Origin: an uncultured delta proteobacterium
Lineage (GTDB): Bacteria; Desulfobacterota; WTBG01; CAIYCZ01
DNA: 64,000 bases
Reading direction: 5' to 3'
NCBI GenBank assembly: GCA_963803975.1
Contig: CAWDOY010000047.1
Span: forward strand, 1-64,000
Shown: piece after piece, positions 53,149 to 63,904 of the stretch
Numbering within the stretch: the first letter of the stretch is position 1
Layout: each line of letters begins with the position of its first letter
Made by a program: the position numbers and the translations under genes
Notes under the pieces: generated by a model
Database searches by the model: none
What the model saw: only the letters and a program-made list of their open reading frames with translations
What the model was told of the DNA's origin: nothing

Positions 53149-56100
53149 ATGAAGAGGACTATGGATATGAAACCAGGATTTGTAGACATCGATGTGTTGC
53201 GCCAGCAGCTCCCCTTTCAGAAGCTGAGACAGAAAGGCGGCAAACGGATTCAGACAGACTGGAAAGCTGAGTGGGACCGGTTTGACGGAAAAAAACTCTT
53301 CAACTTCGACATTTCAAGCATCCCCGAAGACAGGCTCAAAACCATGCGCACGCGCCGCGAGGTCATCCTTGACGGCAATCAGGCGGCGCTGTCAATTTTC
53401 ACCCGTCTGGTTGACGGGTTCTGCGGCTACCCCATCACGCCTTCAACCCCGCTCGCGGAAAATTTTGCACGCGCTGCGTCCGCCGGGCAGAAAAACCTTT
53501 TCGGCCATGAGCTTATGTATCTGCAGCCCAATGACGAGCTTTCAGCCATGGTTGCCGTGGAAGCGATGGCCTGTCAGGGCGGCCGCTACGTGGACAACAC
53601 CTCATCCCAGGGGCTGGTGCTCAAGACCAAGAATCTCTTCTCCGTTGCCGGCAAGCGCCTCCCGGTCATTATGACGGTCATGGCCCGTGAAGTAAATAAA
53701 GGGTCTCTCTCCATCCACTGCGGGCACACCGATTTTTATGGCGTGCGCAATGCCGGCTGGACACAGCTGGTTTCAGGCAATAACCAGGAACTGCACGAAC
53801 TCCTGCCGATAGCATTTAAAGTGGCCGAACAGCGGCAGGTGATGCTTCCCGGCATGGTTATAGCTGACGGCTTCATCAAGAGCCACGCGCTGGAAAACAT
53901 CAGAGAGCTGCCGGATGAATTCCTCAGCTATTTTGTCGGCGCGCCCAACCGGCTCTATCAGGGGGATTTTGATAATAACCCTGCCCTCACCGGCTCCTTC
54001 ACTGACACCGACCTGACCATGGAGGGGCAGATTTCCCAGGACTTTGCTTACCGCTTCTACAAAAAGGCGGTCATCGCCGCCATGAATATGATGAACCAGA
54101 TTCTCGGCACCAACCTGAAGGTGGTTGAGAATTACCGCACCGAGGATGCAGACCTGACCCTGGTGGTGCTGGGCTCGGCAGTGGGCGTGATCAAGGATGT
54201 GGTTGACTATTACCGCGCCAGCAGGGGCTGGAAAATCGGCGTGGTGCGCCCGGTTCTGTTCACCCCGCCCTGCTATGAAGAACTCGCCTTTGGCCTGCGT
54301 AACGCTCAAGTGATTACCGTGCTTGAGCGCAGCGCCGTGGCGCACAATTGTCTGCTCAAGGAAGACGTCCAGGCAGCCCTGGAAATATCGCTGCGAGCAG
54401 CCCGGGAAAGCTCCTCAGACAAAAAGCTCTACAGCCGCACCAATGCCCCTGAGGTCCTGCACGGGGTCTACGGCCTCGGCAGCAAGGACTTCAGCAAGTA
54501 TGATGTTGCCGCGGTGATTGAAAACATGGCAGCGGCGTTCAATAACAAAGGTGCTGCCGTGCAGCGCGACTTCTATGTCGGCGTTGAAGGCCCGTACGCG
54601 CTCAAGCCCGCGGCCCTTGATGACTATAAAGACAAGGAAGTGGCCATGACCTTCATCGGCGTGGGCGCGGAAGGGGTGAAGACCTCGCTTGAGACCTCCG
54701 CCCTCATCTACGCTGAAGACAGCGGCGCGGGACACAAGTTTGTGCAGTCAGGGGCGCGCTATGGCGCAGCGCGGAAAGGTGCTGCTGTTTTCATGAACCT
54801 GCGCATCAGCTCTGATCAGATCCAGAACAGCTCCCAGACCACGGAAAATGATGTGGTCGCCTTCTTTAATGAAACCTTTCTCTCCGGGCAGATCCTAAAC
54901 GAGTACGTCGGCGGCCTGAAAGAGCGGGGCCTGCTGGTGGTGAACACCGCCCGCAAGGCTGAAGAGGTTATCGCGTCCTTACCCAGGGCCATGAAAGAGA
55001 TCATCATTGGCCGCACCATCCGCGTGAAGACCGTCAATGCCACCAAGTCAGCCCTCAAGCACCTGAAGAAAAACCTCCCGGGTGCCGCCATTGCCGGCAT
55101 CATCAACAAGGAGCTCGGCATCCTCCCTGAAGATGAGTTTGAGCGCCGGTTCACCAAAATACTGGAGAAGAAAATCGGCACCAAAAAAGGTCAGGAAGCA
55201 ATTGTTTCCAATATATCACTGCTGCGTGACGGCATCGAAGGCGCGCAGGGGGCCGGCGCTGCGGACGCCGCAGCCCCGGCAATCGCCGCCAAGCAGGCTT
55301 CTGCAGCAGCGGCAGAGCCGCTCCCTGAAGATTTCGGTCAGAGCTTCCGGGCAGCAGGACTCCCGATCGCGTTCGACAAGGACGATGAGCTGGGGACCAT
55401 CAAGCCGATCAATATCTTTGAAAACTACCAGGAACATTTCTACAACGAGATGGTGAAGCCGATCTCAGAGGGGCAGCGGATTCCCTGGGACCGCTTCCTG
55501 CCGGCGGTTCCTGCGGCAACAACCCGCTACCGCGATTTAAGCTTTATCGGCACCCAGATACCGGTCTGGAATGCCGGGAAGTGCACGGCCTGCGGCATGT
55601 GCGCCACCCAGTGCCCGGACTCTGCAATCTACACGACCATCACTGACCGCGAGATACCGGATGCGGCGAGATCCTATTTTAAAATATTCAAAAAGCCGCC
55701 CAAGGGAATTCCCTGGGAACGGTTTGCATTAAATATAAGCATGAAGCCTGACGCATGCAAGGGCTGTGGCGCGTGCGTCCAGGTATGCCCCACCGAAGCG
55801 CTGCACATGGCGTCCAAGGCCGACATCAAACCGTCGGATGTCATGCCGGCACAGTACCTTGAATTTGACCGCACCTGTGACGCGGCAAAATACGTGGACC
55901 AGATGGCCCTGCCCCACCAGGTTCTGTTTGTCTTCTCCAAGCTCTATCCCGGCAAGCACACGCTCTGCCCGGGGTGCAGCGAGGGCGTCATCAACCTGCT
56001 CACCTTTTTTGCCGCCGAGTCGCTGCGCAACAGCCCCCAGGGCATTGCCACGCTGTACCAGGGCCCGCGCATCCTGTCGGAAAAAACCGAGCGCTCCATC

Positions 56101-57057
56101 GAGCGGATGCTTGCGCATGGCTTTCACATCTGCACCCTGAACTCCACCGGATGCAACCAGGTATCGGAGCTTGCCAATCCGTTTAATGCCCGCGTCTACC
56201 GCGCCGGGCACTACGGGTTCGGAACGGTTTCTGCCGCTGCGCTGGGAGCCAAGTTCGCCATGGACCAGGCGTTGCAGAACCAGTTCACCGATGTGCTTAC
56301 CAAGGTGCTGGTGTTTGCCGGCGACGGCGCCATCTATGATATCGGCAACGGCCCGTTCAACTATGCACTCGGGGAAAACTATGACATCACCTGGGTGATC
56401 TACAACAATGAAGGCTACATGAATACCGGCGTGCAGAAATCAGGCGCGTCACGCTTCGGCAGCGACCGCTCCACCTCGCCCATGGGGAAAAAATACGCGG
56501 GCAAGACCACCACGCACCGCCGTCTCATCAGCCAGGCCATGGCGATCCCCCATGTCTATGCGGCCAAGCTGAGCATCGACAACCCCTACTATGCGATAAA
56601 TGTTTTAAAAGAGGCCATCGCTTACAACGGCCCCTCGGTCGTGGAGTTCTTCTCCTACTGCCCGCAGGGGCACCAGTATCATGACTGGGCAGGGCCGCAG
56701 ATAGCGCGCATGATGGTTGAGTCGCGCAAATGGCAGGTAATGGTACGCCGGCCATACCAGCGCCCGGACATTTCGGCAAATCCAGAGCCGGAAAAGATAT
56801 ATCCCACAGAAGGAAAGTCCTTCAAGCGCGGCGAAAAGCGGCCGCCCGCGGTCTTTGGCGACGTGGTCAAAATGCTGGGCCAGTACAGCAGGCACCTGAA
56901 AGACATGGAAGGGGTGAGCACCCCGGAGATAATCATGGTCAATGAAATGGTGAGCCTGTACCGCTGGATCGGCAACCAGTACATGGCAGGCCTGCGCAAG
57001 GATTTGCCTAATGAGAAAGAAGTGGAGCGGATTCTCGAGGAGCATTATAAGAAATAG
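53149..57057 (+). CDS. Single-chain 2-oxoacid (pyruvate-type):ferredoxin oxidoreductase, alpha-gamma-delta-beta fusion
   Basis: GYPITPST, TSSQGL, GVYGLGSKD, two CxxCxxCxxxCP motifs, CPGC, TGC, TPP motif GDG.IYDIG...NNEGYMNTG.QKS, YCP. Confidence 0.92.
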   Translation: MKRTMDMKPGFVDIDVLRQQLPFQKLRQKGGKRIQTDWKAEWDRFDGKKLFNFDISSIPEDRLKTMRTRREVILDGNQAALSIFTRLVDGFCGYPITPSTPLAENFARAASAGQKNLFGHELMYLQPNDELSAMVAVEAMACQGGRYVDNTSSQGLVLKTKNLFSVAGKRLPVIMTVMAREVNKGSLSIHCGHTDFYGVRNAGWTQLVSGNNQELHELLPIAFKVAEQRQVMLPGMVIADGFIKSHALENIRELPDEFLSYFVGAPNRLYQGDFDNNPALTGSFTDTDLTMEGQISQDFAYRFYKKAVIAAMNMMNQILGTNLKVVENYRTEDADLTLVVLGSAVGVIKDVVDYYRASRGWKIGVVRPVLFTPPCYEELAFGLRNAQVITVLERSAVAHNCLLKEDVQAALEISLRAARESSSDKKLYSRTNAPEVLHGVYGLGSKDFSKYDVAAVIENMAAAFNNKGAAVQRDFYVGVEGPYALKPAALDDYKDKEVAMTFIGVGAEGVKTSLETSALIYAEDSGAGHKFVQSGARYGAARKGAAVFMNLRISSDQIQNSSQTTENDVVAFFNETFLSGQILNEYVGGLKERGLLVVNTARKAEEVIASLPRAMKEIIIGRTIRVKTVNATKSALKHLKKNLPGAAIAGIINKELGILPEDEFERRFTKILEKKIGTKKGQEAIVSNISLLRDGIEGAQGAGAADAAAPAIAAKQASAAAAEPLPEDFGQSFRAAGLPIAFDKDDELGTIKPINIFENYQEHFYNEMVKPISEGQRIPWDRFLPAVPAATTRYRDLSFIGTQIPVWNAGKCTACGMCATQCPDSAIYTTITDREIPDAARSYFKIFKKPPKGIPWERFALNISMKPDACKGCGACVQVCPTEALHMASKADIKPSDVMPAQYLEFDRTCDAAKYVDQMALPHQVLFVFSKLYPGKHTLCPGCSEGVINLLTFFAAESLRNSPQGIATLYQGPRILSEKTERSIERMLAHGFHICTLNSTGCNQVSELANPFNARVYRAGHYGFGTVSAAALGAKFAMDQALQNQFTDVLTKVLVFAGDGAIYDIGNGPFNYALGENYDITWVIYNNEGYMNTGVQKSGASRFGSDRSTSPMGKKYAGKTTTHRRLISQAMAIPHVYAAKLSIDNPYYAINVLKEAIAYNGPSVVEFFSYCPQGHQYHDWAGPQIARMMVESRKWQVMVRRPYQRPDISANPEPEKIYPTEGKSFKRGEKRPPAVFGDVVKMLGQYSRHLKDMEGVSTPEIIMVNEMVSLYRWIGNQYMAGLRKDLPNEKEVERILEEHYKK

Positions 57058-57167
57058 ACTGCTCAGAGGACAGACGTCTCAGAAGACAGACAACAGACGA
57101 GAGACATTCAGAGAACAGACAAGGGAAGACAGGCTGAGAGAGTAATTCAGCCTGTCTTCCCTTTTTT
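57010..57167 (+). repeat. Direct repeat copy 1: oxidoreductase 3' end, CAGA heptamer array and terminator
   Basis: 57023-57112 is identical to 63611-63700 (90 bp), with diverged similarity on both sides. Confidence 0.95.
57121..57167 (+). terminator. Intrinsic terminator after the oxidoreductase
   Basis: AAGGGAAGACAGGCTGA-loop-TCAGCCTGTCTTCCCTT followed by a T run. Confidence 0.85.
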
Positions 57168-57202
57168 AAAAATATATGATGCAGTCTTGTGCCGGCATCA
57201 GC

Positions 57203-60200
57203 CTAATTTCTGTTTCTTATTTTCTGCGCCCATTCATCAATCAGGCTGTACCATGCCGGAACGACCAGAAGGGTCAGAAATGTCGAGGTCAGCATGCCGC
57301 CAAGCAGGGTTATGGAGATGGGGGCAAAGATCTCATATCCGTCGCCTTTCAGCACCGACAGCGGCAGCAGCCCCAGAATTGTTGTCAGCGAGCCCATGAG
57401 AATCGGCCGCAGCCGTATAGTGCCTGCCTGGATTATGGCCTGCCGCTTTTCAACGCCGCTTTTGCGCAGGCGGTTGATGTAATCAATAAGAATGATGGCA
57501 TTGTTGACGGCCAGGCCCACCAGGATCAGGATGCCGATAAAGGACATCATGGAAAGTGTGGTTCCGGTGAGAAACAGGGTCACGGAAACCCCGATAAGCG
57601 CCATGGGCACGGAAAAAAGAATGGCCAGGGGCTGCAGGAACGACTCAAACTGGGCGCACATGACCAGGTAGACCAGCAGTATCACCAGGGCAAAGGTGAG
57701 CACCATGGCCTGCTGCATCTCCTGCATATTCTCGTACCCGCCGCCGCATAGTATCGTGTACCCTTCAGGAAGGTTGATTGCCGCGAGCTTCTGCTTTATG
57801 TCATCAACCGTACTTCCCAGGTCGCGGCCGGTGACATTGGCGCTCAGTATCACGACGCGGCGCTGCTCTTCGCGGTTGATGCGCGAGGGCCCGATGCCCT
57901 TCACCACTTCCGCGACTTCGTGCAGGTAGTGGATGGAGCCGAGCGGCGAAGGGATGAGCACTGACGAAAGTTTCTCAGGATCATTGCGGTCAGCTTCGTG
58001 GTACTTGACGCGGATGTTGTATTCATCTCCCGCCTCGCGGTACTTGCCTGACTTTTCGCCGAGGAAGGCGGTGTCAACCGCGGCCGCGACCTGCTCGACC
58101 GTAATGCCGAGGCGCGAGGCCTTTTCGCGGTCAACCTTTATCTGCAATTCGGGTTTTCCCGGCTTCAGGCTGTTATCAAGGTCGCACACGCCGGGGACCG
58201 CGCGCATGATGCCTTCAGCTTCACCGCCGATTTTCTCCAGTTCTCCAAGATCGGCGCCTGCAATCTTTACCTCGATCGGCCGCTCGCCGCCGCCGAAAAA
58301 CCAGTCCATGGTGTCCATGTAATATATGACGCTCGTTGCGCGCAGGTTGATGCTCTGGGAGATGGAATCACATATTTCCCTGAAGCTTCTCTTGCGCTCG
58401 GCGCTTGGCTTGAGCTCAAAGTACATCTCCGCCTCATACACATCAGAGGGCGCGATGCCGAACACCATGTCGATGGTGCTGGCTTCCGAGCGGCCCACCA
58501 TGGAGAGCATGGACACGTGCTCGGGCTGAGAGGCGACCACTTTTTCCATGTCCTTCATGAAGGCATTCGTGTCCTTGAGCGACAGCCCCGGTTCGAGCTT
58601 GATCACCGCGGTGCCGTCTGACTCGTCAAGCTTGGGGATGTATTCCGTGCCGAGCTTCTGCATCAGCGCGAGAGACAAAAGAAACAGCACCAGCGCGCCG
58701 AGCAGCGCCTTGCCCCGGTTATCAAGCACCAGTGCAATCATCCGGCCGTACCAGGCCTTTATGGAATCGAAAAAGCGGTGGGAATGCTTCAGCTCCCCCG
58801 CGCCGCGGAACTCCCGGGCGGCAAGGGGCGGCACGAGAGTAATGGCGACAATAAGCGACGCCAGCATCGAAAAAACCACCGTGATACCCAGCGAGCGCGT
58901 CAGGATTCCGGTGGCGCCGGATGAAAAAGCCATGGGCAGAAACACGATCACCGAGGTCAGGGTGGAGGCGGAGATTGCCAGCAGCACTTCGCCGGTTCCT
59001 GTTTTTGCGGCGCTCAAGGGCTCCTCGCCGCCTTCAATGCGGCGGATAATATTTTCAACCACCACGATGGCGTTGTCCACGATATGACCGATGCTGAGCG
59101 CGATGCCGCTCAGGGTCATGACGTTCAGGGTATCGCCGAAGAAATAGATGACGATAAAGGTCGCCACCACGGAAAACACCATGGACAGCATCATGGTAAC
59201 GGTGGTCTTCACGCTCAGAAGAAACAGGTAGATAACTGCTGCTGAGAAGAAAAAACCCCAGAACGAGCTGTAGGCAAGGTGCTCAAGGGCGCCGCGGATG
59301 AGCCGGGAGGTGTCATAGACGTGTATTACCTTGATATCCGGCGGCAGCACTTTCTTGATCCGTTCCATCTCCGCTTTAATCCGGTCAACAACCTGCACGG
59401 TGTTGGCGCCCGGCTCTTTGGCAACGGTCAGAAGCACGGAATCGAAGCCATCGGTGCGCGAGTAGCTGCGCACCTCCTGGTAGGTGTCTTTGACCGCTGC
59501 CAGGTCCTTTAAATAGACAACGCCGCCCTCCTGCACGCGGACAATGGTGTTTTCGATATCCTTGAGCGTTGTGTATTTGCCCTTGGTGCGGACGATAAAC
59601 TCATTGCGGCCAACATCCATATGGCCGCCCGGGAAGTCGATGTTCTGGCTTTTGAGCGCCGCAGTTACCTGCTCGAGGCTCACATTGCGCGACTTGAGCC
59701 GGTCCCGGTCAACTTCGATAAGTATCTCGCGCTCCAGGCCTCCCTGCACCACTGCGGAGGCAACGCCGGGAAGCGAGGTCATGCGTTTGCCCACCGTGTC
59801 TTTTATGAATTTTCTGCAGGGTGCGCAGGTCGCGGCCGCCCGGTGCTGTAAATACCGTAATAGGCAACCGGCAGAAGGTCCATGTCAAATTTAAGAACCA
59901 CCGGCCGGTCAACCTCGCGCGGCAGAATAGTCAAGGGCAAGCTCAATCTGGTTGCGCACATCCTGGGCGCCCACGTTGAGGTCGGTCTCCCAGTCAAACT
60001 CCACCATGATGGCGCACTCGCCCTGCAGCGATACGGCCTTTACCTTGCGCACGCCGTCTACCGATGCGGCCGCCGCCTCAAGGTGCTCGGTGACAAGCTT
60101 TTCCATCTCCTCAGGCGCAACGCCGCGATAGCGGGCCATGATCGCGACAACCGGGTAGTCGGTGTCGGGAAACATGTCAAGGCCGATGCGGGTGAGCGCG

Positions 60201-60280
60201 AGCATGCCCAGGACAAACAAAACGATATAGGCAACGGCTATGGGTATCGGGTGGTCGACGGAAAAATCGGCTATCTTCAT
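57203..60280 (-). CDS. RND efflux permease (AcrB/CzcA family), frameshifted around 59800-59920
   Basis: MKIADFSVDHP, YRGVAPEEMEKLVT, IVDNAIVVVENI, AQFES, NNAIILID, RLRPILM. Three collinear ORFs. Confidence 0.92.
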
Positions 60281-61374
60281 GACTTGATATCCACGTGATA
60301 GCCGTTCTGCAGGCGGTGGCTGCCCTCGGTCACCACAAGCTCGCCTTCTTTCAGGCCATCCTTTATCTCAGCTAAATTTTCTTCCCGGGCGCCCGGCGTG
60401 ATCTGCCGCTGCTCAACGGCTCCGTCCTTCACCACAAAGACAAAGTAGCCGTCAGGCCGCTCAAGGATTTCATTGCCGGGGATGACCAGCACATTCTCTT
60501 TCCGGTCCAGGGCGATCCTGACCCGGGCGAACATGCCTGCTGTCAGTTTGCGGTCCGGGTTGGGTATGGCTATTTTTATGCGGAACGTGCGCTGGCCCGG
60601 CTCAACCAGGGGATTTACCGTGGTGATCCGGCCTTTAAAGGCTTCACCGGGGTATGCGTCAATTTTGATTTCAGCGTCCATGCCCTCGCGCAGGGATGCT
60701 TTGAGCTTTTCCGATACATCACACTCAAGCTTTATGCTGCTCAAGTCCATAACTTCAAGGGCCTCCCACTTGTACGCCCACAGCGATGATACCTCGCCCT
60801 CGTGCATCATCTTTTTTGTTATCACGCCGTCAAAGGGCGCGCGCACCACCGAGTCCTCGTATTTCTGCTTCACCAGTCCGAGCGCAGCGCGGCACTCCTC
60901 AACCCGCGCCCGGGAAATGGAATAGGATGCCTGCATGCCGTCGTAGCGGCTCTTGGCGATTACCTTGCGGTTATAGAGGGCGGAAATGCGCTTCCAGTCA
61001 CGGGACTGCTGCTCAAGGTCGTGCTCGGCCTGCTGCAGCGTGGCGCTCGCCTGATCAATGCCGAGCGTAAAGTCCCTCGGCTCAAGCCGCAGCAGCACAT
61101 CACCCTTCTTAACCGCCTTTCCCTCATCAGCACGGATCTCCTTTATTACGCCCTCGACCTTTGACCCAACCTTTGCCTGCTGAAATGCCTGGGTTGTTCC
61201 TGATACCTGCAGGTAGGACGTTATCCTGCCCCGTGCAACTTTGACAGCTTTAACCGGTATCTTTTTGCCGTCTGCAACGTTTTCTGAGGCTCCTTTGCCG
61301 GAGCAGCCCGCAAGGAGCAGGAAAAGACCGGCGATAAAAAAAGCGGTGGGTACTTTTTTTGTAAACTGTCTCAT
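60277..61374 (-). CDS. RND periplasmic adaptor (membrane fusion protein), lipoprotein
   Basis: Lipobox LAGC; VEGVIKEI..DEG..VKKGDVL, VRAPFDGVI, GMFARV. Confidence 0.93.
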   Translation of the reverse strand: MRQFTKKVPTAFFIAGLFLLLAGCSGKGASENVADGKKIPVKAVKVARGRITSYLQVSGTTQAFQQAKVGSKVEGVIKEIRADEGKAVKKGDVLLRLEPRDFTLGIDQASATLQQAEHDLEQQSRDWKRISALYNRKVIAKSRYDGMQASYSISRARVEECRAALGLVKQKYEDSVVRAPFDGVITKKMMHEGEVSSLWAYKWEALEVMDLSSIKLECDVSEKLKASLREGMDAEIKIDAYPGEAFKGRITTVNPLVEPGQRTFRIKIAIPNPDRKLTAGMFARVRIALDRKENVLVIPGNEILERPDGYFVFVVKDGAVEQRQITPGAREENLAEIKDGLKEGELVVTEGSHRLQNGYHVDIKS

Positions 61375-61461
61375 ATGCTGTAGAGCTCCTTCTGTTTTTG
61401 TGAATGATGTACGCTTTGTTCGTTGAAGCGCAAAAAAAACGGCTGCCGAAGAACTGGTTGC

Positions 61462-62799
61462 TTATAAAATTTCTTTTCCTATTGCCCGCTCAAGCTTTGC
61501 TTTTGCAATATGGTAGTCATTCAGGGCATTGTAGTAATTATTCTGTGCCTGGGTAAGCAGCGTCTGTGCGTCCAGCACATCGGTGGTTGTCGCCATCTGC
61601 TCATTGTAGAGCTCTTTGTTGAGCCTGAAGTTTTCTTCAGCCTGCTTGATGGCGGTTTGTGCCACGCGTATATTTTTCTCGGATTCGTGTACATTCAGGT
61701 ATGCTTCCTTAACCTCAAGAACGACAACATCGCCGGTCTGTTTCTTCTGTTCCTCAGCCTGTGCGGCAAACGATTTACTGGCGCTGACCTGATACGAGCT
61801 TTTTCCCCACTCCCAGATGTCCCAGCGGCAAACAGTTGCTACCGTCCACATTTCATCATCCTCGTAGGGACTGCCGTGCAATGACGCGCTGTCCCCCATC
61901 TTCTGGTAATTGGCAACTACTGACACGGTGGGGAAATATTTGCTTTTAGCCGCCGCTACTCCTTTTTGTGCCTGCGCCAGGCGCAGGGAAGCCTCTTTAA
62001 TTTCCGGCCGCTTATGTACTGCCTGCTGCTGGCAGTCTTCGAGTGAAAACTTCTCCGGCTGATATGCCAGGATATCCTCCAGCGCGGCCGGCTCATTGAC
62101 GCCGCGGCGCAGGACCGTATTAAATTGTGCCTGAGCAATCGCAACCGCGTTCTCTGCCTGAATCAAATTCTGCTGCACCTGGGCGTATCTCACCTCTGAC
62201 TCCAGCAGGTCATTCTGGGGAATCATCTGCTCTTCATAAAATGCCCGTGCTACATCAACATGGGATTTCACCTGCTCAACCGCCTGGAGGGCGACCGCTT
62301 TCAGCTTCTCAGCTTTTAAAATATTGAAGTAAGCCTCCTTAACCTGCATAACGATATCCTGCCGGGCCCGGTCGCGGTTTTCTCTGGCTATGTCCACACC
62401 CAGCTTCGCAATCTGGTAGTTTGAGACCAGCGCCCCGCCGGTAAAAACAGGCTGGGTGAGATAGGTATTAAACTGGTAGCGGTTTTTCGTGCCGATTTTA
62501 TATTCCGTAGGATAGGGGGCAAAATCTCCGGCGGGAGACTTCATGAAGGGGTCCTCGTTAAAGCGGGTATAGCTGTGCTCGGTGCTGATCCGGGGAAAAA
62601 AGTCAGTGCGCGCTGCTTTGCGCTCGTAGTCTGCCCCGGTTACCGCATGATCCGCGGCACGCACAGCGGTGCTCTTGTCAAGCGCGATGCTGATACTTTC
62701 ACGCAAGGTTAACCTGTCGGCAGCCGCGCACAGGCTCCGGATGCCTGGGCAAATCTGCAGCAGAAAAAATCCGATTAGCAATAACCGATAGTTAAGCAT
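61462..62799 (-). CDS. TolC family outer-membrane efflux protein
   Basis: Signal peptide; LTLRESISIAL, LTQPVFTGG, VKEAYFNIL, RPEI, TTDVLDAQ. Confidence 0.92.
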   Translation of the reverse strand: MLNYRLLLIGFFLLQICPGIRSLCAAADRLTLRESISIALDKSTAVRAADHAVTGADYERKAARTDFFPRISTEHSYTRFNEDPFMKSPAGDFAPYPTEYKIGTKNRYQFNTYLTQPVFTGGALVSNYQIAKLGVDIARENRDRARQDIVMQVKEAYFNILKAEKLKAVALQAVEQVKSHVDVARAFYEEQMIPQNDLLESEVRYAQVQQNLIQAENAVAIAQAQFNTVLRRGVNEPAALEDILAYQPEKFSLEDCQQQAVHKRPEIKEASLRLAQAQKGVAAAKSKYFPTVSVVANYQKMGDSASLHGSPYEDDEMWTVATVCRWDIWEWGKSSYQVSASKSFAAQAEEQKKQTGDVVVLEVKEAYLNVHESEKNIRVAQTAIKQAEENFRLNKELYNEQMATTTDVLDAQTLLTQAQNNYYNALNDYHIAKAKLERAIGKEIL

Positions 62800-62830
62800 A
62801 CATTTTCCTCTTTTATGCGTGGGCGTGGGC

Positions 62831-63463
62831 TTACTCTAAAGCCTGCTTAAAAATGTTGATCTGCCGGTCCACCAGCTTCTGAAGCGTCAGATGGGTATCC
62901 TCCAGAATGTCCTCGAAAAATCCCTGCTTATAGTTGTATAGAAGTCCGTCAACGCTGGTAAACAGCAGCATGGCAAGTTCAAGGCTGTCGTAGCTCTTGG
63001 AAAGGCCCTTTTCATCCAGATACGCCTGCACCGCTTTGTGGACAAACGAGTAAGCTGTCTCCACCATGCCGTCAAAGCGCTGTATTAAATCCGCGGGGAG
63101 AGACAGCCTCCGGTAGCTTATATCAAGCATTTCCCACATCTCCCGGTGCTCAATAAAGTATTTTAAATAGGTTTTAAGTACGGTCTCGATCTGCTCAAAG
63201 GGCGGCATGTCATCGCTGCGCGATTGCTCCATCATGTCAATGAGGAACTGGAAACATTCCTCGTAGATGTGCGCATAGATGGCATCCTTGTTTTTAAAAT
63301 AGAAATAGACCGTGCCGTTTGAGAGCCGCGATGCCCTGCAGATGTCTCGAATAGTTGTCGGTCGGTAGCCTTTCTTCAGGAATAGCTTTCGTGCCGCATT
63401 GAGGATGCGGGCAATCCTTTTGCGGCGCTCAGGTTCATGCAGCTGTGCAGCGGCTTCCTTCAT
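62831..63463 (-). CDS. TetR/AcrR family transcriptional regulator
   Basis: ILNAARKLFLKKGY..TTIRDI...LSNGTVYFYFKNKDAI. Confidence 0.93.
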   Translation of the reverse strand: MKEAAAQLHEPERRKRIARILNAARKLFLKKGYRPTTIRDICRASRLSNGTVYFYFKNKDAIYAHIYEECFQFLIDMMEQSRSDDMPPFEQIETVLKTYLKYFIEHREMWEMLDISYRRLSLPADLIQRFDGMVETAYSFVHKAVQAYLDEKGLSKSYDSLELAMLLFTSVDGLLYNYKQGFFEDILEDTHLTLQKLVDRQINIFKQALE

Positions 63464-63496
63464 GTGTGGTGTGTATCGGGGGTTTGCAAAACAAAA

Positions 63497-63553
63497 TAGA
63501 GCAGCGTTCTAAAATTAAAGTTGTTTTATAGAGCACTGCTCTAACTATGTCAA
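63497..63553 (-). promoter_or_regulatory. Sigma70 promoter of the tetR-efflux operon with two palindromic operators
   Basis: TTGACA (63553-63548)-17 nt-TATAAA. TAGAGCACTGCTCTA (63529-63543) lies in the spacer and TAGAGCAGCGTTCTA (63497-63511) downstream. Confidence 0.78.
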
Positions 63554-63579
63554 GATTTTTAATACCGCCGGTTGTTGCT

Positions 63580-63755
63580 ATGGGCAGGAACCTGCTCAAT
63601 GAGGATGAAATGGAGCGGATTCTCGAGGAGCATTATAAGAAATAGACTGCTCAGAGGACAGACGTCTCAGAAGACAGACAACAGACGAGAGACATTCAGA
63701 TAGCAGACATTAAGAAGACCGGCTGAAGAGTAATGCAGCCTGTCTTCTTTTTTTT
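63580..63755 (+). repeat. Direct repeat copy 2: orphan oxidoreductase C-terminal codons, heptamer array and terminator
   Basis: Reads GRNLLNEDEMERILEEHYKK* versus LRKDLPNEKEVERILEEHYKK* at the gene end. Terminator AAGAAGACCGGCTG...CAGCCTGTCTTCTT followed by a T run. Confidence 0.95.
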
Positions 63756-63904
63756 GCTGCTGCGCCAGCTTTGCAGCTCTCTCGAGCATTTCTACCGCCT
63801 GTCTCATTATGGCATTATGAAAAATGTTTTTTTTAATTGCTAATTCTGAAAAAAGTTATATATTTATTGTTTTATTTTCTAAACTCTTTGTATTGATAGC
63901 CATA

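Noticed and set aside
57063..57121. Short repeat arrays as a CRISPR array
   Set aside because: The units are 7-9 bp with no unique spacers, and there are no cas genes.
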